NCBI GenBank assembly: GCA_002633005.1
Contig: NMRA01000101.1
Coordinates: 372,001 to 436,000, forward strand
Length of the DNA: 64,000 nucleotides
Source of the DNA: Phoronis australis
Taxonomy: Eukaryota; Animalia; Phoronida
Direction: 5' to 3'
Of the stretch, positions 12,501-23,802 are shown piece after piece (within the stretch, counting starts at the first letter, position 1; each line of letters opens with the position of its first letter). The notes beneath the pieces were generated by a model that ran no database searches, was not told where the DNA came from, and saw only the letters and a list, made by a program, of their open reading frames with translations. A program made the translations under genes and the position numbers.

Positions 12501-15500
12501 TATGTGCTGAGAGCAATATGGTTGCTAGCAGGTTATACAATGGAATCAGCAAGTTTCCTACCAGAATACCAGAGGCTAACCATTCTATGGGATGTGTAGG
12601 ATTTAAGCATTACTGTTTTGCGTGTTGTTATTGTCATTGCTATAATTTGCTTATTGTTATTGTTAAATTTCTTGTTATTTGAGAGTTAAAGCCAGCAACA
12701 ATAAAAGAGATGTGTTGAAATTAATTAAGAATATCTGTTCTCTAGCTTTACTTTATTTTGGGTTACTTTACTGTACATACTAGAAGAGAATTGTGCGTAA
12801 CATTATTTACTTCTTGCAGGATATTAAAGGAAACCTCGCTCAAGAATTGGATTTTGTAAATGAAGCCAAAAATGGTGAAAGATGCCAAAGTGATCTCAAA
12901 CATTTAGGTTACGTTTATGTTCCAAAAATCTACTGGGGGAAGACAACAAAGGTATGTGGTTTGAGGATTACTTACTGACATTTGTCTTATTTAACATTAT
13001 GTAGGAGCTTATTGACAAATCTGCATACTTAGACAAATATCTACACAAACTTTGTTGAAAACATGACAACTTTTTATTTGAAAGCTTGATACTGATTCAC
13101 TCGTAGTGTCGAAACAATCTCCTTTCTTCAGGTGTGCAGCCACATAGCAAAGCACAAAGAGACATAACAAACAAACGAATTAAAACACTAGCTGTATTTC
13201 GAGACTGCATGTCTCATCATCAGCCAATAAGTGGAATGAACATATACATAGCGAAATAAACAGTGAAATACACGTGACAGCTGGAAGAGGGGTATACAAG
13301 TAGAGAGTGTGAATGCCACGCACGCAGTCTGGAAACATAGCTAGTGTTTTAATTTTTTTGTTTGTCATGTCTCTTGGTGCTTTGTTAAACAGCTGTACAC
13401 CTGAAGAAAGGACATTGTTTCGACACTACTTGCCAATCAGAATCAAGCTTTCAAACAAAAAGTTATGTCGTGTTTTCAACGAAGTTTGTGTTAACGAAGG
13501 GCTGCTACCGGACTATACAAATACCTACACAGTATTAAGTATTACATTTTCTAGTAGAAATCCTGTAAAAAACTTTATTGACTTTTTACCAGTTTGTTAT
13601 TAATTGGGTCATGCGACCATGCTTTTTTCATTATTTAAAATTTATCAAAAAATGATGGTACATTGATACCAAAACAATGCTGTCAATAGGCATGACCAAA
13701 TTTCTTATGATACAAATGTTCAAGAGGATATCTCAAAGATGTTGCTATAATAGTTAACTAAAAGATTTTGTTTTTGTTTCATGTGACTTAAGATTTGTTT
13801 CGTGAAAATATCATGTTTTTGTATCCCTCATGCCAGAGTGGTGCATTTTAAAAAGGATTCCTATCAATGCATAAAATATGGTGTCTGAAAGTTCCACTCA
13901 ACCATTTTTGAGGTATGATGATTCAAAGTTAGCAATATTTTGAATTTTTTTATAAGTCACAAAATGTGGTATTAAGCGGAGATATTATGGAAAATTCCCT
14001 TATAAAAACATGTGACCTACTGATTGTCTTTGTTCTTTATCACTAACTATAATTAATCGGAAAAGTAATAAAGCCTCAAGTTAATCACAGCTTGACACTG
14101 TGGCAATGACCTTTAACCTCATTGCGCCTGTAGAGTTTCCTACGTCATACTGTGTTCCATTCTTGTTTTGCCTGCAACCAAAGGTCACCAACACTGTTTC
14201 AGTTGGTTGTTAACTTCGTCTGTTTACCTGGAGTTACAGAGTTATAAGACACTGAAACAAACAACTTAATGTTTTGAGACATTGATTTTCTGTTTTCAAA
14301 AACTGGGAAATCTATTAGAAAATTTAAAGTTCTATCTCTTTTTGCTGGATTTTGACATAAATTCCATAAAAGTAATAAATAACGTGACCGTGTAAATTGC
14401 CTTTTTGATACATTTATGTTGCAGCTTCGTTTTAATAATAACTTGTTGCATGTCTTGTTGATAGTTGCTCAAAACCAGAAACTGAACAGAACCACTTTCA
14501 GACATAAGTATACTTACAACTTCTTGAACATGCCTGCTGCAAAATGATCGTTGGTCGACTTGTGACCAAAATTGGTAACAAATTTGTTGCCGAACGTTCT
14601 TAATTTTTTGCATTTAAAAATTACAATATCAGAACTATCATGGTATCTTTTACTGAAATTTTTAAATTCCACTCAAAAACTTGTGACAGAAATGTTATAT
14701 CGTGGCTTTCATCCTTTTTGTGTCATTGTGGAAAACCAGGGTCTCTAAATGCTGGAAATGTTAGAACAAGACTATAGAGTGCATCAAATGATCAAAGGTT
14801 TTCTTTAAAGACCTTTTAGCCTGAATGTTTTACCATTTCACAAATTTTTAATAAAAATCTTCATTTTTGATACCTGCATAGTCTGGCTAAAATGCCTTCA
14901 AATAGAGTCCTCGATTGTCCTTTTAGCCAATAAATAACAGGCTTTGGTAGTTTCTAGTGAATATTTTGACATTTGCAAAAGTTAAAAATATGATTTATAA
15001 GAAAAAAACATAGTCATTGACTAAAATCTTTAGGTACCATTTTTGTGCTAATAGTCAGTGTCTTTGCTCCTCAAAGATTTTGAAAATGTTTGGTTTCACG
15101 GGTTTTAGAAGATATTTGAAGAATTTAACCTCTGGTAAAATGGTAGTCAGTTGCCTTAATTGTTTTTCTTCTTTGATAAGTTTCAGACTCTCATTTGTAC
15201 TTTGCTTATGATAATACATCCCTTTAGATGTCTTAAACCAGTGACAGAGTAAGACTGTTATAACTTGTTGTTATCCTCACGTCTGTTGCAGAGAGTGCTC
15301 ACAGCAGAGTTTATAGATGGTGTCAAGGTCAGTGACTGCAAGGGCATTAAGAAGCTTGGTCTCTCCAGCGCAGATGTAAGTTTAGTTGGGGTATCCATGT
15401 ATGTCTAGTTCGTTTAATTGCTAACGGTGTTTCACCTGTTATCACTTGTTTAAGTGATGAAGCTTAGTCTAAAAATATCAAATGGCTGCTCTATGTAAAT

Positions 15501-18500
15501 ATATTATAACTGTTAATAATGTGGATGCATTCCTAAACATAATGGACAGTACAGTGAAAGTTGGAGTTTCAACTGTTCAGAATGATTTTTAGCCAGTTGA
15601 AACAGGGCAAAATGCAGTTTTAAGAAATTTTTAAATAAAATTGACAATAGGTTGTCATTATCTATGCTTGTTTCCAGGTGAACTATAAACTGGTAGCATG
15701 TTTCGCTGATCAGATATTTCACACAGGCTTCGTGCATGCTGACCCCCACCCTGGCAATGGTGAGTTGACAAACTTTGGTGAATGCTTGACCAATGGCAGC
15801 TTTCCTATCCGTCATTGGGTTACTGTATTGCATATGCTGTGTTGCGTAAACTATATTGCATATGCTGTCTTCTGAACACAATATTAAAGTGGAATGTTGA
15901 TGTTTTTGAAATCGCTCTTGAACAATTTGGTATGTTTTACATAGTTTACCCTGAAGTATGTTTAAAATCGGTGTGTTCTTATGAAGATCAAAACTAAATT
16001 CACGAAACTGGAAGTGTGATGCTGTGGGTTGAATGATCTGTCACTGGGCCACACTGCCTTTTCTAGTTTGCTATGTCAGTCACCATCATGACCACCACCA
16101 CCACCACCACGATCACCACCATCACCACCAAAATCACCACCATCACCACCACCATCACCATCACCACCACCATCATCATAACACACAGCCAAGGTCTTCT
16201 GTCTATTGTAGTGTCTGATTGCAACATTTATGATATTGCTGTTTCAGTATTTGTGAGGAAGAACAGTGATGGCACAGCCCAGCTTGTCATTCTTGACCAT
16301 GGTCTCTACGAGCAGGTTCGACATGATCATCGTGTCTTCCTGGCTCATCTCTACAAGGCCATCGTATTCCGTGATGAGGACAGTATGAAGAAGTACTCTC
16401 ACCTGTTACAGGTCAAAGGTGAGACAATAGTGAACGCGACTGCTGAAGAGTTTGTGATCTTTATCAACTACTGACTAATAATACAACTTGTAGTACTTAA
16501 TTATAGCAAAAATTTGTGACAAGAAGTTTCAGGAGACCCTTTGTACTATGGAACTTTAGTATTGACTTTGAGGACTCCACATGTACACTTTCAGGGACCT
16601 TACAAGAAATGTCGTAATCTGTATTTTGGAGAGGGCTAATTTGTCTAAGGTGTGTACTGGAAACTCAAGACTATTTCCATATGTTCTAAAATAAAGTAGG
16701 GATCTATTAGCAGTTCTTGACTAGTAAAAGTTTTTTTCTGGTCTCAAAACTATTAGAAGTTTAAAAGTAGTCAGCTGTAATTTGTATATGACTATCATAG
16801 CAGTTCCCTGAAGTAAAAGTTTTGAAATTTAGGATCTAAAGGCGATGGAGGTGAACATCAAAGAATTCAAACGTAACTTTTGATCATATACGATAAACAA
16901 TTAAAAATATACTTCAGAATTTGTGCATTTTAAAAAATGCAAACTGCTTGACTGTTTAGAGAATTGCGTAAATTATATAAACTGAAAAACATGAAATCAT
17001 ATAGCTGTGGCATGATTAACAAACAAATTTTATCTACACATTCCTCAGTTCCACTTAATACTTGTACTGAGGAGTCCAGAGTGTACTGTCAGTTTGTAGG
17101 CTACTTTTACAGTACAAAAATACAGACCTCGAGAAGGGTATCAGGTCATGTGAGTGTATTGTTACTCTCCCTTAGTTTATATGACCTGATATGGGCGAGT
17201 GATCGGCCTACTTGCTTGATTAAATGACAACTGATGTGTCTTTCCTGTGATTTCTTGTCTCTTATTAGATTGGCTTATTCTGCTTTGATGTATTGACATC
17301 GTCTTATGGCTTTGTTGTCAGGGTTAATGATTTCTAACAGTGTCTGTGATTGGACAGATCGCAAATAATGACATCTCACGTCCAGCCAGTTGGAATGAAA
17401 AGTAATATTCCGCAACCAGGCTGTTCAATATTATGGTATATCGCAAGTTATTAAACTGTGGAGAACAGAATGTATCAGTGGTTATNTATGTGAATGGGGA
17501 GTTGTTCTCAATAGCCGTAAAGACTAGGTGTCATTTTTGTTTTCTTTCTGTTTCTGTGATTAACTTTAGTTGAAGATTTAAAATTTGTACATGTAACACC
17601 ATGTTTTATTTCTCTTTAATTTATCATTGATTATTATTATAATTGTTTTTCTATGTTTTTCTACTTTTTATTGTTCTTACTTTTTTCTTTATCACTCTCT
17701 TGCTGGTGCTTTGAAGAGTTGCAATTAACAAATTTGCTTCACGTGCCTGCAAGCGGCTAGTGTTCCCTTGTGTTTCTAGACTATTACTGGTTCTGCTGTA
17801 TGTTCACACAACGACATATAAACGTGAGCGGCGCGCCTGGCCTGTCAAAACGACTGCACGGTATGTCGAGGGCCCAATTCAAAAGCCTGCCCGCAGAGGA
17901 GAAAGAGGCATTACGCCAGGAACTGATGACCCTTCACGACACATTCTTTGTAATCATGAAGGACATGCCGTCGTCTTTTCTCTTCATGTTTAGGTATTGA
18001 TTGTTTGCAACACCAGTTGTTACTTGGACACCAGACATTGTCATGCTGAGACAAGTGCCTGTCACAATGGGAGACTTAAAACAAAGTAATTGTGACTGAC
18101 CACATAATACGAGTGATCTGGATGCCACCTGGTGGTAGAGTGAGGAAAGTATACTGTTGAACTACCAGAGCACATAATTATGTACTGGATGTGTTCTGCT
18201 CAAACGAGAAACTCTTTCCTCATCAAGAAGAGGCCAGGAATGGTTTCCATGTAATTCAATGTTACCGCATTTCACTCGTTGCCTTTGAAAAATTTTCCTT
18301 GGTCTGTGTGCATAGTGAATATTCTAATATAACAGAAAGTCGAACAAAATTATGTAAAGTTACGACTTACATTGTACATTTTGCACTTGCAGTATGACTG
18401 AATACAATGGGATTTGGTTCCTACATAGTTATGACACAAATACCAACATATTGTTTTGAAATTGCAGGCAATTGACTGTCATTTTATTGAAATTTGAGTA

Positions 18501-21500
18501 AAATATGGAAAGTTTTCTTGTGGCAACATGGCATTGTCTGATGTTTAAGTTTGCCTCTTCATCCTTTGTACTGCCATCTGTTGTAGCAGCAAAGCGATAC
18601 CAACGCAGATAGCGTAACTGTAAACTGCATAACTGAAATGTTATGTTTCGATGTTTACATTGTCTTATCGTCGGGTACAAAACAAATTTGTTGTTATAGT
18701 GAATACTAGGGTGGAGAAATAGCACTCTGGTAGCCTGTGTGCCTGGTTGCATCGAATAGGGACACGGCAAGTTCTCTAAATCTTTTGTGTGTTTGTACTC
18801 ACAGACGTAATCTTTTTCTATCATTTTATCTTTATTATGGACTCCTCCTTTAGTAAAAACTGAGCTCTGAGTTTAACGAAAATAAATAAGGACTTAGGTC
18901 TTAAATTTGGGAGAGTTATGTGAAAAGATCTCTGTTAATCTAATATTGAGAATTCAATGTAGAGTTCACCCTCTATTTGTATCAAATTCAAAAATTGACT
19001 TTTTAATAAAACTAAAACAGGACAAGAAAAGACAGCTGGTGTTTTTACAAATCTGCAAATACACACTCAGTAGATTTAGGGAACTTAGTCGAGTCCCTAT
19101 TTGGATTGTTTCGTGCAACCGGGCACAGCAAACCTCCAAAACCAGAAACTGGACTGTCAAGGACTGGAAACAACATGTATGTCAGGGAGTGGAAACAACA
19201 TGTCTGTCACATTCATGAATAAGTAGTTCTGGGCTTATTAAACAATGTTCACCAGTGCTCTCGAATTAATCAGCGTACTCCAAAATTTGGTTCTCCGACC
19301 ACTGAACAATGTAGGAATCACAAAACATGGCTTACATGTCCCCCAAAAACATTTCATGAGCTGTGTTTGTGAATCGAGAGCTGTTTTTGCGGTAAGTGTT
19401 TGGGAGGCAGGTGAGTCCAGTTTTTGTGATGAGTTTGACAGCTGTGTTGTTTTGAACCGTTCACTACTTTAACATTGACAAGAGATCAGATACTGCTCTT
19501 GAACTTACCGTGGTTCACTTCAGATCATTCAGAATGTTTATGAGCCTGCTTAATGTATTGTTTCTCCACCCTGAATGCCACAGTTTGCGTTTGTGCTTTT
19601 TGGTTTACTGGTATCGCATTGTTGAGCTTGAGAAGATGGTTACACTAAACAGGTCATTTTTTATCACCCAAGACATGTCCCAACTATTTTCCAGATCCTT
19701 ACTTATTTTGTGAGATATTAGTTCAGCGGCCTATCAGACGGAGTACATATCAGCTGCCTAGTCGTATGACAGCTGATGAGTTGAAATACATGCAGGAGAT
19801 GGCTTCTCAACACTTTGACAAAATTATGGCCGTCCTTCACGACATGCCACGTTCCCTACTCTACATGATTAGGTGCGTTTAAACAAGGACGCTTGCACTG
19901 TGCACTGTTAACTGTTAGCATGTTCTCCCTCGTAAATGTCCCAGGCTCTTAGAAAATACAATTTCAGTTGAGGTGCTAAGCTCAGTAAAAATATTTCAAG
20001 TGATTTTACTTGATGATGCCAAACTGTTGTTAATGCATTTAAATTTGCATCAAATAGCACACACAACTTGAAATTTGTGACGACATCTAATTACTATGTG
20101 TCAGCAAAATGGCTTAACCACTGCAAAATGTCAGAGTTCTTTCTTTTTTCAAAAGGGCATGATTAGTTTCAGTTGCTAAATTACAGGGATGGATCCAGGT
20201 TATTTTAAAAGGGGGGTCGGATCAAGGATTTTTTTAAAAAGGGGTTCCAAGTCAACAATTTGAAAATACTAGATTTGATATCACTAAAATCAAGGCAAAA
20301 AAGGGGGGTTCCCGACTCCCTTGACCCCCCCTGGATCCGCCTATGAATTAGAAAACCTTAGGGCCACTAAAAGGTATAGGAATGGTACAGTTATTAGGGA
20401 GGCAGGGCATGTGCTTTTGAGATCTGCTTTGTTTTTTGTTTGATAGGGTTGGTGAATTCTTAAAGGGGAATGTTACTTGTTTGAAGGTGTTTTTGGTCAA
20501 TTTGTTGTTTTGTACTTAACTGTAACGAAAACATTTATTTGCTTCTACATGTACTTTTCTTTTATGGAAAAAAATTAAATATTTTACTTGTCCACCATGT
20601 TTTGTCCTAAGCTGATGAAATTTCACCGTAGTTCAACCAACCTTTTGTCAAATATATTTTTGTTCTGTCTTCTGACATTATTGCACTAACCACGAATGCA
20701 TTAAGGCAGGGCTGTCATGAGACACTTGGCTCGGAAGGAGTGAATTTACTCATAGTTTTCTCCAACAAATCAACAATAAAGTATCGCACAAATGAGAAAA
20801 AAATTTCTTACTACTTATCTCGCAGAATATGTCCAGTTCTGAACATTAGCAATTGTTATATGCTTGCATAATGTAGGTGCATTATGCTGTCATCTCCGTG
20901 TGTCCGTACATCCATCTGGTGTTAGCTGCTATATACAAAACCCCTTTATGGATCGTTCATGAAAGTTTACAGACGTCTTTGTATCATGAATAAGTGAACT
21001 TTCCAATGGACTCTACTACTGTTGTGCCCCCTTGTGGCAATTTTAGTTCGAGTTCCTTGACGGATTTTCATGAAATTTGGCAAATGGGTTTCTGTTTTGG
21101 AGACAATGACAACTTCCTATTTTCAGTTGGATTTTACATAATCTGTTCACCCTAGTGGTCATTTTTGTTATTTTTGTGTCTCTTTTTAACATCTGCCTCT
21201 ATCTACCAAACCACTTGAATGATCATTAACGGTTTATTTGATATTGATTATCAGACAAATCGAACTACTGTCAGTGGCATCCCCTTTTGGCAATTTTGTT
21301 TTTCTCTGTATCTACGTAGTTCTTTGATGATTTTCCTGAAGGTAGGTAGGTTTATATTGATGAGATGATGACACATTCCCGTTTTTGAATGGATTCAACA
21401 TGTTCAATGCTCCTTGGTGGCCTTTTTATTTTTTGCGTCTAGTTTTGGCGTCTGCCTCAGTCTCTATCCACCCATTCACTTGAAGGATCATTATGGAATT

Positions 21501-23802
21501 TTTGGATGCGTCCCTATTGAGATGGTGACGGTTTACGTAGAATTTTGGATGGTTCCAACTACTGTGGTGTCCTCTGGTGGCAAATTCGTTTTTGTCTCTG
21601 TCTTGATATCTATCAAGTTTCTTGGTGGATCTTCAGGTTCCAGTTTAAGAGAGTATGTCTGACATTGATTTTGGGATGAATCCGAATACTGTAGCATCCC
21701 CTGGTGACACTAGGTTTTACCAACTTGAAGTTACTTGACGATTTCCAAGAAATTTGGCAAATGTCTATGAAGATGTGTACTGTTTGCAATGCAGTCATGG
21801 GTGCACTACAATGTTTTGTTTTGCTCTTGTACCCTACTCTCTCCCATCAACAAAGTGCTTCTGGTGTATTTTGTTTGTGGGAAGTGCTTAATTAATATTT
21901 TTGTGCTCACATGGCTGCATGTACTGTAAACATCACTTCGTTCACGCTTAAGTTGCTACATAGTTGCAAAAACACTCTGTCTCCAGTATATATACAAGAG
22001 AGCCAATAACATAATTTAATCAATAGCTATTCCATTTTAAGTTAAACAATTTACTGCATGAACATGACCTTTAAATTTTTATGTTGTGTGACCTGGTGCT
22101 TGTCTCAACACAGTTACTTTAAGTTAGTAGTTATTGTCAAATGTTTACTTAAATTTCCCTGTGTTGTGTTTTTGAACTTTGTTGTTTAAGCTGAGCTGTC
22201 CATTACAGAAACCTGAACACAATCCGAGCCATCAATAGGTTACATGGTCATCCAGTGGACCGCTACAGCATAATGGCCAGAAGGTGAGTCAACTTTTTTG
22301 CAAAGTAAGGAACAACAATAGGCTCGTTGGCCAGTCAAGAATCTGTTGTGCTTGTTCCAGGTTTCTATGTGCATCCATGAGTAGAGCAAGCTCAGTGCAA
22401 ATGCCACCTGTCTCTCTAAGGCCCACTTCACAATTGACTGACCCACCCAGTCACATTTATTTACAAATCAGCACAATTACCCCTTTCCAGCTTGTTCGAC
22501 TGATTCTTTCGAATGGATCTTGAATTTTGCACCCAACTTGGCTATAGGGATTTTTCTGCGTGTTCGAGTTGAGACATTGTATTCCTGGAATTAAAACCAA
22601 TTTTTGCTGTTCATTTCAGTGCCATAACGGGAATCTATAAAGATGACAAACAAAATATTGGTATCATTGGTCAAGTAAAGGTGTTGACAGAGAGATGTTA
22701 CTTTGAGTACAAGCTAAGGTGAGTAGTGTGTAATGTTCTGGTGTCATGTTTGCCAGACATACAGTCACCAGTTTGATCCGAGCAAAAATTGCCAAAATTT
22801 TTTTCTTCATTTTTCAATGGTTCTGACATTTTTGTGAATGTCCGCATTTTCTCAACACCTTGTCTTGTAATAGACATGGAATAGAATTTAATATCAATAA
22901 TTTATTGCTTCTTATTTTGTGAGAAAAGAAGATTTAATTGTGTTGTCTGGAAATTCTTTTGTTGAAAGTGAAGGGGTGATTAAACAGACAAAACTGTCCA
23001 TTTTGGAATGGGAAACTCACTGTGTTATGTCGTCAGGGTTGAGATGACTGTTAAATGAAAACGTGATGTCATAGGTTTGTACTGCACATGTGTGTTATGT
23101 GGTTCTTTTCAAAAACTCATTTCAGCTTGTTGCAAACACATTTTGTAATGGATTTGATTTGCACTTTTTTGCTTTCTTATTTTTCCTATGTGGGGATAGT
23201 ATGTTATTGCACTGACATTGAAATGCATACTTTGGTGTAAGCTACAAGATAGTTTTCTGCTATTTAAAACGACAGATTTTAGTGGTGTATGCCATGAACT
23301 AAAAATCCGAAATAACACAAGTGGACACCATTGCACATTGTCTTCATGAAATAGGTAATACATCAATTCATGAAACATGAAGGGTGATCATTGTCTTCAT
23401 GAAATAAGTCCAGTCATGAACTTACAGGGTGATCCATGTCAATTCTTATAATCTTTATTAAAATTTCTTTCTTTGTTACACAATTTCTTTCTATCATAAT
23501 CCAGTGTCATTAATGTGACACAATCAGCTCAACTGAGTGATAATCTCAAGTTGGTGTACTTGTAGCTATACAGTACAAGCAGGAGACTGGAAGACATCGA
23601 GCCATTTACAGCTTGATACTTTTACTGTGTTAAGTAGACAAGGCCATTTTAAATTCAACAAAAATGTATTTGTTTACCTCTGTGTCTCTGTAGTTCTGAG
23701 AGATTTATCAGCTGGTTAGCCAGACTCTACATTAAAGTGCTTGTCTACATGGGCCGGATTCCTGATCTCTCGGAGTTCATGAGGTCAAATGAACAAAAGT
23801 AA
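2962..23802 (+). CDS. ADCK5: aarF domain-containing kinase 5 (UbiB/ADCK atypical kinase), 14 coding exons per transcript; ~582 aa with exon 11b or ~594 aa with exon 11a
   Basis: Exons 2962-3063, 5560-5756, 7278-7341, 9275-9475, 10255-10395, 11110-11223, 12820-12951, 15292-15375, 15678-15759, 16248-16418, [17780-17993 or 19695-19872], 22209-22283, 22620-22718, 23694-23802; all GT-AG and phase-consistent. UbiB motifs YIKLGQ (KxGQ), [23 protein letters not shown]; C-terminal [18 protein letters not shown] resembles ADCK5. Confidence 0.9.
5140..5490 (-). mobile_element. Degraded Penelope-like reverse transcriptase fragment
   Basis: Minus-strand peptide [17 protein letters not shown] resembles the PLE ADKG..VV.L.R.DY motif; frameshifted LKP/IV downstream; many stops. 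Confidence 0.4.
5560..5756 (+). CDS. ADCK5: ADCK5 exon 2
   Basis: ttttacag|AIISPW...[15 protein letters not shown]...GGVSRFW(R)|gtttgt; hydrophobic segment. Confidence 0.85.
6548..6600. repeat. (CGCA)n(CA)n microsatellite
   Basis: Direct reading. Confidence 0.9.
7278..7341 (+). CDS. ADCK5: ADCK5 exon 3
   Basis: cttacag|(R)[21 protein letters not shown]|gttggt. Confidence 0.9.
7390..7650 (+). repeat. Dispersed repeat family copy (partner ~2370-2580)
   Basis: Same shared blocks as 2370-2580. Confidence 0.7.
9275..9475 (+). CDS. ADCK5: ADCK5 exon 4 (KxGQ motif)
   Basis: tttttag|[17 protein letters not shown]...[12 protein letters not shown]...[12 protein letters not shown]|gttagt. Confidence 0.95.
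10255..10395 (+). CDS. ADCK5: ADCK5 exon 5 (A-rich loop, VAVK)
   Basis: tttcag|[10 protein letters not shown]...[13 protein letters not shown]...RVAVK|gtaaca. Confidence 0.95.
11110..11223 (+). CDS. ADCK5: ADCK5 exon 6
   Basis: ttgtag|[14 protein letters not shown]...[11 protein letters not shown]|gtatgt. Confidence 0.95.
12820..12951 (+). CDS. ADCK5: ADCK5 exon 7
   Basis: ttgcag|[18 protein letters not shown]...[13 protein letters not shown]|gtatgt. Confidence 0.95.
13043..13520. mobile_element. Penelope-like element relic with inverted pseudo-LTR
   Basis: ~165-bp inverted repeat (13043-13208 vs 13325-13491); ORF start 13367 MSLGALL...[15 protein letters not shown] resembles PLE N-termini; hammerhead core in the left arm and spacer. 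Confidence 0.6.
13177..13229 (-). ncRNA. Type I hammerhead ribozyme motif (probably decayed)
   Basis: Minus strand: attgg CTGATGA t gagac-atgca-gtctc GAAA tac-agcta-gtg T T ttaat; 5-bp stem II, 4-bp stem III, weak stem I. Confidence 0.6.
15292..15375 (+). CDS. ADCK5: ADCK5 exon 8
   Basis: ttgcag|[28 protein letters not shown]|gtaagt. Confidence 0.95.
15678..15759 (+). CDS. ADCK5: ADCK5 exon 9 (catalytic loop)
   Basis: ttccag|[27 protein letters not shown]|gtgagt. Confidence 0.95.
16081..16178. repeat. (CAC/CAT)n microsatellite in ADCK5 intron 9
   Basis: Direct reading. Confidence 0.9.
16248..16418 (+). CDS. ADCK5: ADCK5 exon 10 (DHG motif)
   Basis: tttcag|(V)FVRK...[10 protein letters not shown]...[11 protein letters not shown]|gtgaga, phase 1 to 1. 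Confidence 0.95.
17780..17993 (+). CDS. ADCK5: ADCK5 exon 11a (divergent alternative exon, candidate mutually exclusive)
   Basis: tttctag|(D)[13 protein letters not shown]...[19 protein letters not shown](R)|gtattg; 214 nt, phase 1 to 2, open frame, homologous to 11b. Confidence 0.75.
19695..19872 (+). CDS. ADCK5: ADCK5 exon 11b (canonical-looking version)
   Basis: ttccag|(D)[13 protein letters not shown]...[20 protein letters not shown](R)|gtgcgt; 178 nt, phase 1 to 2. Confidence 0.9.
20184..20345. mobile_element. CAG-GGATCC-type MITE, 5-bp TSD
   Basis: aatta|cagggatggatccagg ... cctggatccgcctatg|aatta. Confidence 0.7.
20860..21830. mobile_element. Helentron/HINE-like non-autonomous element with an internal ~120-160-bp tandem array
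   Basis: tccgtgtgtccgt head; repeated cggattttcatgaaatttgg-like and gcccccTwGTGGc blocks at ~21024, 21146, 21278, 21408, 21567, 21695; related piece at ~25130-25250. Confidence 0.45.
22209..22283 (+). CDS. ADCK5: ADCK5 exon 12
   Basis: ttacag|(R)[24 protein letters not shown](S)|gtgagt. Confidence 0.95.
22620..22718 (+). CDS. ADCK5: ADCK5 exon 13
   Basis: tttcag|(S)AITGIYK...ERCYFEYKL(S)|gtgagt. Confidence 0.85.
23694..23802 (+). CDS. ADCK5: ADCK5 exon 14 (to TAA; may instead splice at the overlapping GTAAGT)
   Basis: ctgtag|(S)[35 protein letters not shown]; AATAAA at 23825. Confidence 0.75.

Noticed and set aside
16033-16247. Poly-His and poly-Thr ORFs upstream of ADCK5 exon 10, with a cryptic acceptor at 16066
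   Set aside because: Translation of a (CAC/CAT)n microsatellite. The cryptic acceptor would give poly-His then a stop at 16218; the acceptor at 16247 gives the conserved kinase sequence.
17262-17340. Possible third exon-11 copy (ttattag|at tgg ... tta ttc tgc, DW/LFC)
   Set aside because: Needs a frameshift, stops early, and has no DMP..R end or matching donor; compatible with chance.
19070-19130. Block between exons 11a and 11b considered as a splicing regulator
   Set aside because: A similar sequence occurs at ~33760-33820 in a CYP4 intron, so it is a dispersed repeat fragment.
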